Origin: an uncultured Lentisphaerales bacterium
Lineage (GTDB): Bacteria; Verrucomicrobiota; Kiritimatiellia; RFP12; JAZUKQ01
NCBI GenBank assembly: GCA_964565855.1
Contig: CAZMGQ010000003.1
Span: forward strand, 1-30,746
Reading direction: 5' to 3'
Length of the DNA: 30,746 nucleotides
Below are positions 17,501 to 24,834 of this stretch, piece by piece. Within the stretch, counting starts at the first letter, position 1, and every line of letters starts with the position of its first letter. The translations under genes and the position numbers were made by a program. The notes beneath the pieces were generated by a model. The model saw only the letters and a program-made list of their open reading frames with translations. It had not been told where the DNA came from and searched no databases.

Positions 17501-18114
17501 CGAGGTCCGAATTCGCGGATGAGCCGCAACTGATCCTCGACAACATTTCTCAGCACAGAAGTTTGATCCCCAATGCGCCTGATCTGGAAAATCTCCAATG
17601 GTCTGGTGCCGGGGACCTCAGCGCAAAAGTCTGGCTGGCCTACAAAGCCGATTCGCTGTCGCTGAAGGTTGAAGTGCTCGATGATCAGCATGTGCAGAAG
17701 CATGTGGGTGGAGACCTGTTCAATTCCGACTCGATCCAGATCGCAATCCAGCCGCCCGAGGCGCCGGATTTCTGGGAAATCGGCGTCGCCTGCGGCAGAG
17801 AAGGCGAGAGTCTGAGTCATATCTGGATGACCCCGAAAGGACTCGACAAGAGTGAGCTCGCAAAGAGTTTGGCCTTTGAAACACGCCGTGATGAAGGTCG
17901 CAAAGTCACAACTTACATCATGATTGCTCCCCTGAAGGAGTTAGGTCTGACGGATGCCCTCAAGGGGCGGCAGATCGGGTTCAATATCCTGGTCAACGAC
18001 AACGATGGCGGTGTGCGCGAAGGTTACCTGGAGTTTTCCCCCGGACTTGGCGCAACCAAAGATGCGTCATTATTTCTGCGCATGCAGTTCGAAGGCACGC
18101 CGATTGCTCCGTAA
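14590..18114 (+). CDS. Secreted multidomain glycoside hydrolase, clan GH-A (GH39/GH5-like) with C-terminal CBM9-like domain
   Basis: Signal peptide (...LLMLACLSAGQA); VLREDFLWERMEP..GEWNF; EIWNEPD (acid/base); WANE (nucleophile); FGLL; C-terminal DLSAKVWLAY...VLDD...DSIQIAI...GFNILVNDNDG. Start may be GTG 14590 or ATG 14599. Confidence 0.75.
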   Translation: MSLMRLISGPVTGVLLMLACLSAGQAGQFTVMQAEERRQLVVAAEAPDGNAAAKVAWEIPGGGVGSFKMTPAIPLLPGQKSQVVSRLFLPPGCGLKSFNLRVEDISGETFQYYRLLPAGAEGWISLTNTIDTARPPAKANWGGNNDAVMDSPLSVSGIGFEFDPLVRSGHFFFDFEQPVLLSAAPPGVAVSLTDDKIKPLLVAAADRKQSMTVGTVAGDSLSLIVRKNRDGTRSFDLILTAESQVEEFGGALFMVRIYLPAPGVLSNLRLNLKNAAGEHYAFEQTLSGQAGGWQTVAFPTDGALRSPLRKSGPASNNGSLFPLRLHSLAGDFRTQETTEDWIAFNKLEWAYLPARLKVDFVAGNEINIVDTGRQQTLGWRITNPRSGALAARLQYVAKDIYDSIVASNTVPLNLDARSETFVGLPIPDKQGIYYVETSCLEEDAVGPAAIGKYRFAHVVPAGPRTRKKDDFIFGVCSHSQWKTPAEQKLHALAASICGVNVLREDFLWERMEPRQGEWNFAYFDSVLDTFKERGIEVAPLYCYRPDWAVAKDWKPLNPGSERGKRPDYQHWANFVRMVATRYHEQINFVEIWNEPDLMGYANFPVEEYIEMMRIAHSETKKIAPEVTVLTGGFTMMPPFYNMVDPRHMEKVLVNGKSFYDIHAFHVHGSYLHYKNQIEQMLALRQRLGTEAPWWANETAITATGFGEYVQAVTLIQKLIFTWARGAIGYNWFSLYNAGGNPDYGEHNFGLLTRELHPKAAFCTYNTTARLLAGGRFLGDFDLGRDLDAFLFKAEDGSYVIACWGNTSLQYPAVIRNIRNAVGMIDIFGNETMLEPSAGVIFFEVGAEPRFIRISGQDSVPIVGIPPIQFPRQVELTLSRVETISLPVHNPFDAPVAVTTSVQLPEGMTTVTPVIERQLAAGATAVIQFVCKVDPVFRSYGNRKQSLKVQASFADIWSKTVDVGILSATAIPRSEFADEPQLILDNISQHRSLIPNAPDLENLQWSGAGDLSAKVWLAYKADSLSLKVEVLDDQHVQKHVGGDLFNSDSIQIAIQPPEAPDFWEIGVACGREGESLSHIWMTPKGLDKSELAKSLAFETRRDEGRKVTTYIMIAPLKELGLTDALKGRQIGFNILVNDNDGGVREGYLEFSPGLGATKDASLFLRMQFEGTPIAP

Positions 18115-18150
18115 ATTGAAACCTATGGTTGCGGGACAGATCTTTCGTCC

Positions 18151-18230
18151 GCCTCCCTTACTCCCTCAACAAAGGAATAGCGAATGGAAAATGGGAAATC
18201 CAACTCACCACTCGCCATTCACCACTCACC
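18151..18230 (+). repeat. Pyrimidine-rich direct repeat and heptamer tandem repeats left of hicBA
   Basis: GCCTCCCTTACTCC at 18151-18164; CAACTCA-CCACTCG-CCATTCA-CCACTCA at 18201-18228. Confidence 0.55.
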
Positions 18231-18249
18231 TTTTCTTTCACTCTCCATC

Positions 18250-18278
18250 TTGCCAGTTGACACCAGAAATGAGATACT
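18250..18278 (+). promoter_or_regulatory. Candidate sigma70 promoter of hicBA (leaderless)
   Basis: TTGCCA-17 bp-GATACT with TGn extension; the predicted +1 falls at or next to the ATG at 18286. Confidence 0.45.
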
Positions 18279-18285
18279 GCAAGGC

Positions 18286-18477
18286 ATGAAAACGACCTTT
18301 ACTTACTGGAAAGAAACAGATGGTCGCTATCTCGGATACCTTAACGACTATCCGGATCACTGGACTCAGGGTGAGACCCTCGAAGACCTGAAGGTTCACC
18401 TTCTCGACCTTCTTGAACTCTTTGGAGCCGAGGAAATCCCCGGAATCCGCAAAGTGGAAGTGCTGGAGTACGCATGA
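18286..18477 (+). CDS. hicB: HicB-family antitoxin (short, no C-terminal DNA-binding domain)
   Basis: MKTTFTYWKETDGRYLGYLNDYPDHWTQGETLEDLKVHL matches the HicB partial RNase H fold pattern (..P...TQGETLEE); its stop overlaps the hicA start (ATGA). Confidence 0.85.
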   Translation: MKTTFTYWKETDGRYLGYLNDYPDHWTQGETLEDLKVHLLDLLELFGAEEIPGIRKVEVLEYA

Positions 18478-18662
18478 AGCGGCTCGATCTCGTCCGACAG
18501 CTCGAAGTGATGGGATGCGTTCTACTGCGGCATGGTGGCCGGCACGATATTTACCACAACCCTGATACAGGGCACTCTGAGCCCGTACCACGGCACCGTG
18601 AAATAAACGAAATTCTTGCCAGACGTATTCTTTCAAGATTGAGCAACTCCGACAAAAAATAA
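18474..18662 (+). CDS. hicA: HicA-family mRNA interferase toxin
   Basis: 62 aa; L...GC.L.R.GG.HDIY.NP......VPRH.EI...LA..I pattern with the conserved His. Confidence 0.9.
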   Translation: MKRLDLVRQLEVMGCVLLRHGGRHDIYHNPDTGHSEPVPRHREINEILARRILSRLSNSDKK

Positions 18663-18663
18663 G

Positions 18664-18737
18664 CTACTCAGCCAACTACTACTCGCCTCTCCCCCGACTC
18701 CCTTACTTACCCCCTTACTTTCTGCCTCCCTTCCTCC
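18664..18737 (+). repeat. G-poor low-complexity repeat tract right of hicBA
   Basis: CTCCCTTACT (18698-18707) and GCCTCCCTTCCTCC (18724-18737) match the left-flank repeat; repeated CTACT/CTTAC units. Confidence 0.5.
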
Positions 18738-18845
18738 AAAACCTATTGGTATAAAATAGGCGGTTGTGCTACATTGAAAAGCACTTTTTTCTACCGCAAT
18801 TGAGGGCGGTAGCCTGTCCTATAGCAGTCAGCCCCCAGGGTCAGC

Positions 18846-19886
18846 ATGTCAGCCAAAAAATCTACCTCCGCCTATGCGGCCGCCGGTGTCGATATCGATG
18901 AAATGATGTCCGGTCTGGAAGCAATCAAGAAAGATGTCAAATCGACCCGAACCGACGGTGTGTTGAGCGAAATCGGCCAGTTCGGCGGGCTTTTCCAGTC
19001 TCCCGGCCGTGGCTCGATACTCGTAGCCTCAACGGATGGGGTTGGCACCAAGCTCAAGGTGGCAAATCTGGCCGACAAGCACGACACAATCGGCCAGTGC
19101 CTTGTCAACCACTGTGTCAACGATATCCTGACCCAGGGGGCCAGGCCGCTCTTTTTCCTGGACTATCTGGGCACGGCCAAGCTGACCTCGAAGGTCTTCA
19201 GTGCCGTCGTGCGTGGTCTCTGCAAAGCCTGTCGCGAAAATGGCTGTGCCCTGCTGGGTGGCGAAACGGCCGAAATGCCGGGGCTCTATCCTCCGGGTGA
19301 GTATGATCTGGTCGGCACGATCGTCGGGGCTGTCGAAAAGCGCAAACTGGTGACAGGCGAGACGCTGCGGGCAGGGGATGCCCTGATCGGTCTGCCTTCG
19401 AGCGGGCTCCAGACCAACGGCTATTCCCTGGCTCGTAAGATCCTGCTTGAGGAACAGGGACTGAAGGTGACCGATCTCTTCCCCGGTACGCGGCGTACAG
19501 TCGGCAGCATCCTGCTGGCGGTGCATCGCAGTTTTCTTCCGGCAGTGGAGGCGGTCGAAGCAGCCGGTGTCCGGATTCGCGGTATGTCGCACATTACCGG
19601 TGGCGGACTGATCGACAATCTGCCGCGCATGTTGCCTGATGGGCTGGATGCTGTGATCGATCTCACTTCCTGGAAGGTGCCGCACGTCTTCCAGTTTATG
19701 CAGGAGAAGGGTGGGGTGGATCCCGAGGAAATGTTCCGCGTCTTCAACATGGGCATCGGATATGTGATCGCCGTGCGTGACAAAGATGCCGCCAGAGCTG
19801 TCGATGCCCTGGCCGAAGCCAAACAGAAGCCTGTCTGTCTGGGCATTATCGACGAAGGTAATGGCAAGGTGCGTTTTCTTGCCTGA
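18846..19886 (+). CDS. purM: Phosphoribosylformylglycinamidine cyclo-ligase (AIR synthetase)
   Basis: YAAAGVDID, STDGVGTK, GARPLFFLDY, LLGGETAEMPGLY, SSGLQTNGYSL, HITGGG and RVFNMGIG motifs. Confidence 0.97.
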   Translation: MSAKKSTSAYAAAGVDIDEMMSGLEAIKKDVKSTRTDGVLSEIGQFGGLFQSPGRGSILVASTDGVGTKLKVANLADKHDTIGQCLVNHCVNDILTQGARPLFFLDYLGTAKLTSKVFSAVVRGLCKACRENGCALLGGETAEMPGLYPPGEYDLVGTIVGAVEKRKLVTGETLRAGDALIGLPSSGLQTNGYSLARKILLEEQGLKVTDLFPGTRRTVGSILLAVHRSFLPAVEAVEAAGVRIRGMSHITGGGLIDNLPRMLPDGLDAVIDLTSWKVPHVFQFMQEKGGVDPEEMFRVFNMGIGYVIAVRDKDAARAVDALAEAKQKPVCLGIIDEGNGKVRFLA

Positions 19887-19958
19887 AAGCAGTCCGTTCG
19901 CCGCGTCGGATGTCACACTGGATGTCGGCGGCAATTTCAATTTTCCGTCAGGTCAGTC

Positions 19959-20498
19959 ATGATCGTCAAAACCTACCTCTCAGCAAACGACGTTACCCGC
20001 GACAGCTTCCTGCTGGCCCGCCGGATTCTGGATTCCGGTTTCCGGCCCGATGCCATCATCGCTCTCTGGCGCGGTGGCAGTCCGGTCGGGATTGCAGTGC
20101 AGGAGTTTCTGCGGGTCAAAGGCATCGACTGCTACCATACCATCGTCAAATGCAGTGCCTATACCGGCATCGAACAGATGCAGGAGCCGGTGATCGAGAA
20201 CATGGATTATGTCCATGCCGTACTGAACCGCGAAAGCCGGGTGCTGGTGGTCGATGATATCTTCGACACGGGGCGGACGGCGCGCTGCATCCGTGACGAA
20301 CTCAACAAATCCACTCCGCACGTGCGTTTTGCGATGCCTTTCTTCAAACCCAGTCGCAATACCACGGACTTGTTGCCGGATTATTACATCCACGAAACCG
20401 AAAACTGGCTGGTTTTTCCCCACGAACTGATGGATCTGACTCCCGAGGAAATCCACACCAAAGATCCCTATGTTCACGATCTGCTCTTTAATCAATAG
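19959..20498 (+). CDS. Type I phosphoribosyltransferase (probable purine salvage, hypoxanthine/xanthine PRT-like)
   Basis: PRPP-binding loop VLVVDDIFDTGRT; ALWRGG; C-terminal WLVFPHE; adjacent to purM. Confidence 0.85.
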   Translation: MIVKTYLSANDVTRDSFLLARRILDSGFRPDAIIALWRGGSPVGIAVQEFLRVKGIDCYHTIVKCSAYTGIEQMQEPVIENMDYVHAVLNRESRVLVVDDIFDTGRTARCIRDELNKSTPHVRFAMPFFKPSRNTTDLLPDYYIHETENWLVFPHELMDLTPEEIHTKDPYVHDLLFNQ

Positions 20499-20503
20499 CC
20501 ACG

Positions 20504-21790
20504 ATGTCCAGATTTGTCATTGAAGGCGGAGTGCCGCTGCACGGTCGCCACTATGCCCCCGGCAACAAAAACGCCGCCCTGCCGATGCTGGCGGCGACGC
20601 TGCTGGCGGATGGTCCGGTCAAGCTCACGCGCCTGCCCCTGATCCGCGATGTACGTGCCATGCTGGTGCTGCTCGAACATCTCGGTGCCGGGGTGGAACT
20701 GGACGAGGCGGATCACTCAGTAGTGGTCGATCCCGCCAACGTAACTCCCCGTGCGCTCGAACGTGACCTCTGTCGTCAGATCCGGACCTCGATTCTCTTT
20801 GCCGGTCCACTGGGGGCGCGTTTCGGCGAGGCGATTATTCCATCCCCCGGTGGCGACAATATCGGCCGTCGCCGGCTGGATACGCATTTCGACGGTTTGC
20901 GCGGGCTGGGTTTTGAAGTCAGCGAGCGTAATCCCTATGTCATCCGGCGCACTTCAGCCTGGCGCGGTGCCGACCTGATTCTGGATGAAGCCAGTGTAAC
21001 CGCCACCGAAAATATCCTGATGGCAGCCGTACTGACCCCCGGCACAACCACCATTTACAACGCCGCCTGCGAGCCTCACGTGCAGGACCTCTGTCACATG
21101 CTCAACAGCATGGGGGCCCGGATCAGCGGCATCGGCACCAATCTCCTGACTGTTGAGGGCGCCGAGCAACTGAGCGGGACTGAGTATTCCGTGGGGCCCG
21201 ACGCAATCGAGGCAGCCTCTTTTCTGGCCGCTGCGGCGGCGACCGGCGGCTCGCTGACCCTCGAAGGGATCAATGCTGCCGAATTCCGCGTGCTCGCCCG
21301 CCCTTTTGCCCGTCTGGGAGTGTACTGGGAAATGCAGCCCGACGGCACACTCTTTCTGCCCGAGTCTCAGGAGCTTCGGGTGGTCAACGATTTTGCCAAC
21401 GCCATCCCCAAGATCGAGGACGGGATCTGGCCCAACACACCCTCGGATATCATGAGTGTCCTGATCGTGCTGGCAACCCGCGCTAACGGCATCGTGCTTT
21501 TCTTTGAAAAGATGTTCGAGAGCCGCCTTTATTTTGTCGATCACCTGATCGGGATGGGTGCCCGGATCGTCCAGTGCGACCCGCACCGGATTATCGTGCA
21601 CGGTCCCAGCCGTCTGCGTGGCTCGATGGTTTCCAGCCCCGACATCCGGGCCGGCATGGCTCTGTTGGTGGCGGCTCTCTGTGCCGAAGGCCGGACCGAA
21701 ATTCACAACGCCGAGAGTATCGACCGGGGTTACGAATCCATCGAAACCGCCCTGGCTGCCATGGGGGCGCAGATCGAGCGAAAGCCCTGA
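20504..21790 (+). CDS. murA: UDP-N-acetylglucosamine 1-carboxyvinyltransferase (Cys-to-Asp active-site variant)
   Basis: GNKNAALP, PGGDNIGRR, SVTATENI, NAACEPHV, MFESR, SPDIRAG and IDRGYE motifs. Confidence 0.96.
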   Translation: MSRFVIEGGVPLHGRHYAPGNKNAALPMLAATLLADGPVKLTRLPLIRDVRAMLVLLEHLGAGVELDEADHSVVVDPANVTPRALERDLCRQIRTSILFAGPLGARFGEAIIPSPGGDNIGRRRLDTHFDGLRGLGFEVSERNPYVIRRTSAWRGADLILDEASVTATENILMAAVLTPGTTTIYNAACEPHVQDLCHMLNSMGARISGIGTNLLTVEGAEQLSGTEYSVGPDAIEAASFLAAAAATGGSLTLEGINAAEFRVLARPFARLGVYWEMQPDGTLFLPESQELRVVNDFANAIPKIEDGIWPNTPSDIMSVLIVLATRANGIVLFFEKMFESRLYFVDHLIGMGARIVQCDPHRIIVHGPSRLRGSMVSSPDIRAGMALLVAALCAEGRTEIHNAESIDRGYESIETALAAMGAQIERKP

Positions 21791-21796
21791 AGTGCC

Positions 21797-23758
21797 ATGG
21801 TCGAGTTCAGTGATGTCAGTGTCCATTTCGGCACCCAGGATGTACTCAACAATGCCAGCTTCCGCATCAACCGCGGCGAACGTTGCGGCCTGGTGGGGCC
21901 CAATGGTGCCGGCAAGAGTACCGTCTTCCGTCTGATTACGGGCGAGATTTCGCCAGCCTCGGGCAGCGTCACCCTTGAGGCGCGTCCGCGTATCGGCTAT
22001 CTGCATCAGCAGGTGCAGCCGGCTGAGCCGGGGGAGACCCTGCTGGGACATGCCATGCGGGCTTCGTCACGGCTCGAAGAGCTGGAGGAGGAGATTCGGC
22101 GTCTGGAGACCGAGCTGGCCCAGCCGGACGATGAAGACAGTCGCGAACGCAGTCTGCGTCTCCTCGGTGCGGCCCAGACCGAGTTCGAAAATCTGGGCGG
22201 CTATGAGCTGGAGACCCGTGCCCGTGCCGCACTTTCAGGCCTCGGCTTCCGCGAGCATGATTTCAAGCGGCCCCTGACCGAGTTCAGCGGCGGCTGGCAG
22301 ATGCGGGCCGAGCTGGTCAGGACGCTCGTCATGCAGCCGGATCTGCTGTTGATGGACGAGCCCTCCAACTACCTCGACCTGCCGGCGGTCGAGTGGATGC
22401 AGCGTTATCTGCGCGAGTATCAGGGAACACTGATGCTGATTTCGCACGACCGTTACCTGCTGCGCAGCGTGACCAACATCACGCTCGAGATCGATGGTTG
22501 CGCCACGACCCGCTATGGCGGCAATCTTGATTTCTATCTGCTGGAACGGCGTCAGCGTTACGAAACTCTGCTTGCCGCCCGCAGCGACCAGGATCGGATC
22601 CGCGAGCAACTACAGCGTTTCATCGATACCTTCCGCTATACCGCCTCCAAGGCCGCCCAGGTTCAGAGCCGCGTCAAACAGCTCGAAAAAATGGAGGAGA
22701 GCGTGGTGCCGCGCCAGGCCTCCGACCGGGGCTACCTGCACCTTCCCGAGCCGTCGCACTGTGGAGCCTGTGTCATGCGGCTGCAGAATGTCGGCTTCGC
22801 CTACGATGGAGAGAACTTTGTCTTCCGCAACGTCTCGTTCGAGGTCGGCCGTGGCGACCGGGTGGCGCTGGTGGGTTACAACGGCATGGGCAAAACCACC
22901 CTGATGCGTCTCCTGGCCGGCATGCGCCAGCCCACCGAGGGCACGCTCGTGCTGGGGCACAAGGTTGAGCCGGGCTATGTTTCGCAGGAGCTGACCGAGG
23001 TTATACCGCCGGAACAGACGCTTCTGCGAACCTTGCTGCGGACCGACGAAACTCTCTCCGAAAATGCCGCCCGCACGCTGCTGGGCAGCTTCGGCTTCAG
23101 TGGTGACGACGCTTTCAAGACCAGCGAAGTTCTGAGTGGCGGCGAGAAAATCCGCCTCGCCTTTGCCCGACTCTATGCCTCCAAGCCCAACGTGCTGGTG
23201 CTCGATGAGCCGACGACTCACCTCGACCTCAACGGACGGCGAGCCCTCGAAGAGGCGTTGCAGCAATACCAGGGGACGGTTCTGATTGTCAGTCACGACG
23301 TGGAGTTTGTGCGGGCCGTCGCTTCGAAAATCATCGCGATCGATACGGATGGTGTGCATACCTTCGTCGGGTCTTACGACGACTACCGAGAGTATCAGTC
23401 ACGTCGTACAACAGCGGGCGAGATAGCTGAGGGCGCCCATCTGCAGCAGAGTGACAATGCTTCGGGCGAAGCTGCCAAAAGCAGTCGTGAGAGACGGCAG
23501 GAACGTGCGGCTGAAAGGGCGCGACTGGCACCACGTACGAACGAACTGCGCCGGATTGTCGACACCAACGAGGCACGTATCGTGAGACTCGAAGCGGAGC
23601 AGGGCGAATTGACGGCTGAACTGGCTGACCCCACGGACGAGACCGATTTCGCCACGCTCAACCGTCGCCTGACGGAGCTACAGACCGAACTGGCCGAGGC
23701 CTCCAGTGCCTGGGAAACCGCCGCCATGGAGCTGGAAGAACTGACAGCGGAACAGTAG
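21797..23758 (+). CDS. ABC-F family ATP-binding protein (tandem ABC domains, C-terminal coiled coil)
   Basis: Two Walker A motifs (GPNGAGKS, GYNGMGKT), FSGGW and LSGGE signatures, DEPSNYLD and DEPTTHLD, SHDR; no TM segments. Confidence 0.95.
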   Translation: MVEFSDVSVHFGTQDVLNNASFRINRGERCGLVGPNGAGKSTVFRLITGEISPASGSVTLEARPRIGYLHQQVQPAEPGETLLGHAMRASSRLEELEEEIRRLETELAQPDDEDSRERSLRLLGAAQTEFENLGGYELETRARAALSGLGFREHDFKRPLTEFSGGWQMRAELVRTLVMQPDLLLMDEPSNYLDLPAVEWMQRYLREYQGTLMLISHDRYLLRSVTNITLEIDGCATTRYGGNLDFYLLERRQRYETLLAARSDQDRIREQLQRFIDTFRYTASKAAQVQSRVKQLEKMEESVVPRQASDRGYLHLPEPSHCGACVMRLQNVGFAYDGENFVFRNVSFEVGRGDRVALVGYNGMGKTTLMRLLAGMRQPTEGTLVLGHKVEPGYVSQELTEVIPPEQTLLRTLLRTDETLSENAARTLLGSFGFSGDDAFKTSEVLSGGEKIRLAFARLYASKPNVLVLDEPTTHLDLNGRRALEEALQQYQGTVLIVSHDVEFVRAVASKIIAIDTDGVHTFVGSYDDYREYQSRRTTAGEIAEGAHLQQSDNASGEAAKSSRERRQERAAERARLAPRTNELRRIVDTNEARIVRLEAEQGELTAELADPTDETDFATLNRRLTELQTELAEASSAWETAAMELEELTAEQ

Positions 23759-23776
23759 GAACGTATCACGGTCTAT

Positions 23777-23952
23777 TCCCGCCGGGGACGGCGGTCTCCA
23801 GGGCTTTGGTTTGAATTGGAGCCCGCGGTCTCCGCGGGTATATCCCGCCGGGGACGGCGGTCTCCAGCGTGCGTCATTGTCCCGCCGGGGACGGCGGTCT
23901 CCACTGCGTTAAAATCCTTCCAAAATTTTCCCGCTGGGGACGGTGGTCAGCA
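23777..23952. repeat. REP-like palindromic repeat cluster (BIME-like)
   Basis: Three exact 24-bp copies TCCCGCCGGGGACGGCGGTCTCCA (23777, 23843, 23880), one degenerate copy (23929) and one inverted variant TGGAGCCCGCGGTCTCCGCGGGTA (23817). Each exact copy and the inverted variant reads GGAG followed by a GC hairpin. Confidence 0.85.
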
Positions 23953-23992
23953 CCATCAGGCCGACTGCATTTGACAAGATCGGTCCCTTCAT
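23909..23992 (-). CDS. Putative small ORF (27 aa) or truncated gene start
   Basis: MKGPILSNAVGLMVLTTVPSGKILEGF; GGAGG SD 6 nt upstream of the ATG; near-consensus promoter at 24069-24097. Below the ORF-track size cutoff. Confidence 0.4.
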   Translation of the reverse strand: MKGPILSNAVGLMVLTTVPSGKILEGF

Positions 23993-24068
23993 GATCTGCC
24001 TCCGTGTCGTCAAGTATGTGTACTTAAATCAGTCCGTCTACAGCACCTCAATCCGCTCGTCGGTTGAA

Positions 24069-24097
24069 ATTATACCAAGTATTGGTGTTCAACTCAA
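24069..24097 (-). promoter_or_regulatory. Strong candidate sigma70 promoter
   Basis: Minus strand TTGAGT-17 bp-TATAAT with TGn extension. Confidence 0.6.
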
Positions 24098-24198
24098 TAT
24101 GTCGCAAATTAAATTTCGAGATGCCGGGGGTGCATAATGTTTGCGGCAAAATCAAAGTGACAACTCTCGCAGAATAGAGGAGGGCTCGGAGAGTTTTT

Positions 24199-24632
24199 CT
24201 ATTCTTGCAGCATCATGGAGCGGAACTTTTCGATCTCAGCGGGGCTGAAACCGAGGTCCAGCACATAGCCTTCCACCTTCTCTTGCATGTCTGCACCCGG
24301 CAAAGACTCGAAGGCTGCAATCAGACGATCGAAGTACTTCTCGTGACTGAAGTTGACATCGGGATTCCAGAAACCGCTGATCTCCCAGTCGAGATAGAGT
24401 TCTTCGATTTCGACACCCAGCAGGGCATTCAGGATGAAGGCTACTGAACCGGTACGGTCCTGCCCGGCAATACAGTGGAAGACGAGCGGGTAGTTTGCTT
24501 CATCCAGCAGCACCTTGAAGAAATCAGGGGCAGGGCGGGCAACGTGGCAGGAATAGTCAAGGCAACGATCATGAGCAAAAGGCATAAAGTCCGTAGCGGG
24601 GAACGGCAGTCGATGAGTTTCATGGCAGACAT
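24199..24632 (-). pseudogene. Tyrosine-protein phosphatase (IphP/PtpB-like) pseudogene with internal deletion and frameshift
   Basis: Signal peptide MSAMKLIDCRSPLRTLCLLLMIVALTIPA in one frame is joined out of frame to FFKVLLDEANYPLVFHCIAGQDRTG...; the N-terminal half of the phosphatase domain is absent. Confidence 0.7.
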
Positions 24633-24787
24633 GATAGCATGTGTGTATCTGCGGGCAAGATGGTGCTTGCTCTCTCGACGTATCGGTTCGCCCGCCTACG
24701 CCAAGATGCTACGTCGCGAAACACGAGGACGCTCAGCCTCCAGGAAGTGCGATGTGCAGGAGACAGCCGTTCGTCGGTCGGCAGTTG

Positions 24788-24814
24788 CAGACGGCTCGGC
24801 GATCCGTCCCTGCC
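24788..24814 (-). repeat. Solitary degenerate REP-like palindrome of a second type
   Basis: Minus strand GGCAG-GGACGG-ATCGCCGAG-CCGTCTG: GTAG-like foot (GCAG) plus GACGG/CCGTC stem. Confidence 0.4.
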
Positions 24815-24834
24815 ATTTGAGGGGGTGACACTAT

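Noticed and set aside
21797-23758. ABC-F as an antibiotic-resistance (ARE) protein
   Set aside because: No feature visible by eye separates it from housekeeping YheS/Uup-like ABC-Fs, and the context is core; a phylogeny would be needed.
23777-23952. Possible mini-CRISPR array (24-bp palindromic direct repeats)
   Set aside because: Gaps are irregular (42, 13, 25 bp), one gap contains an inverted repeat variant, and there are no cas genes in the window. REP-like architecture fits better.
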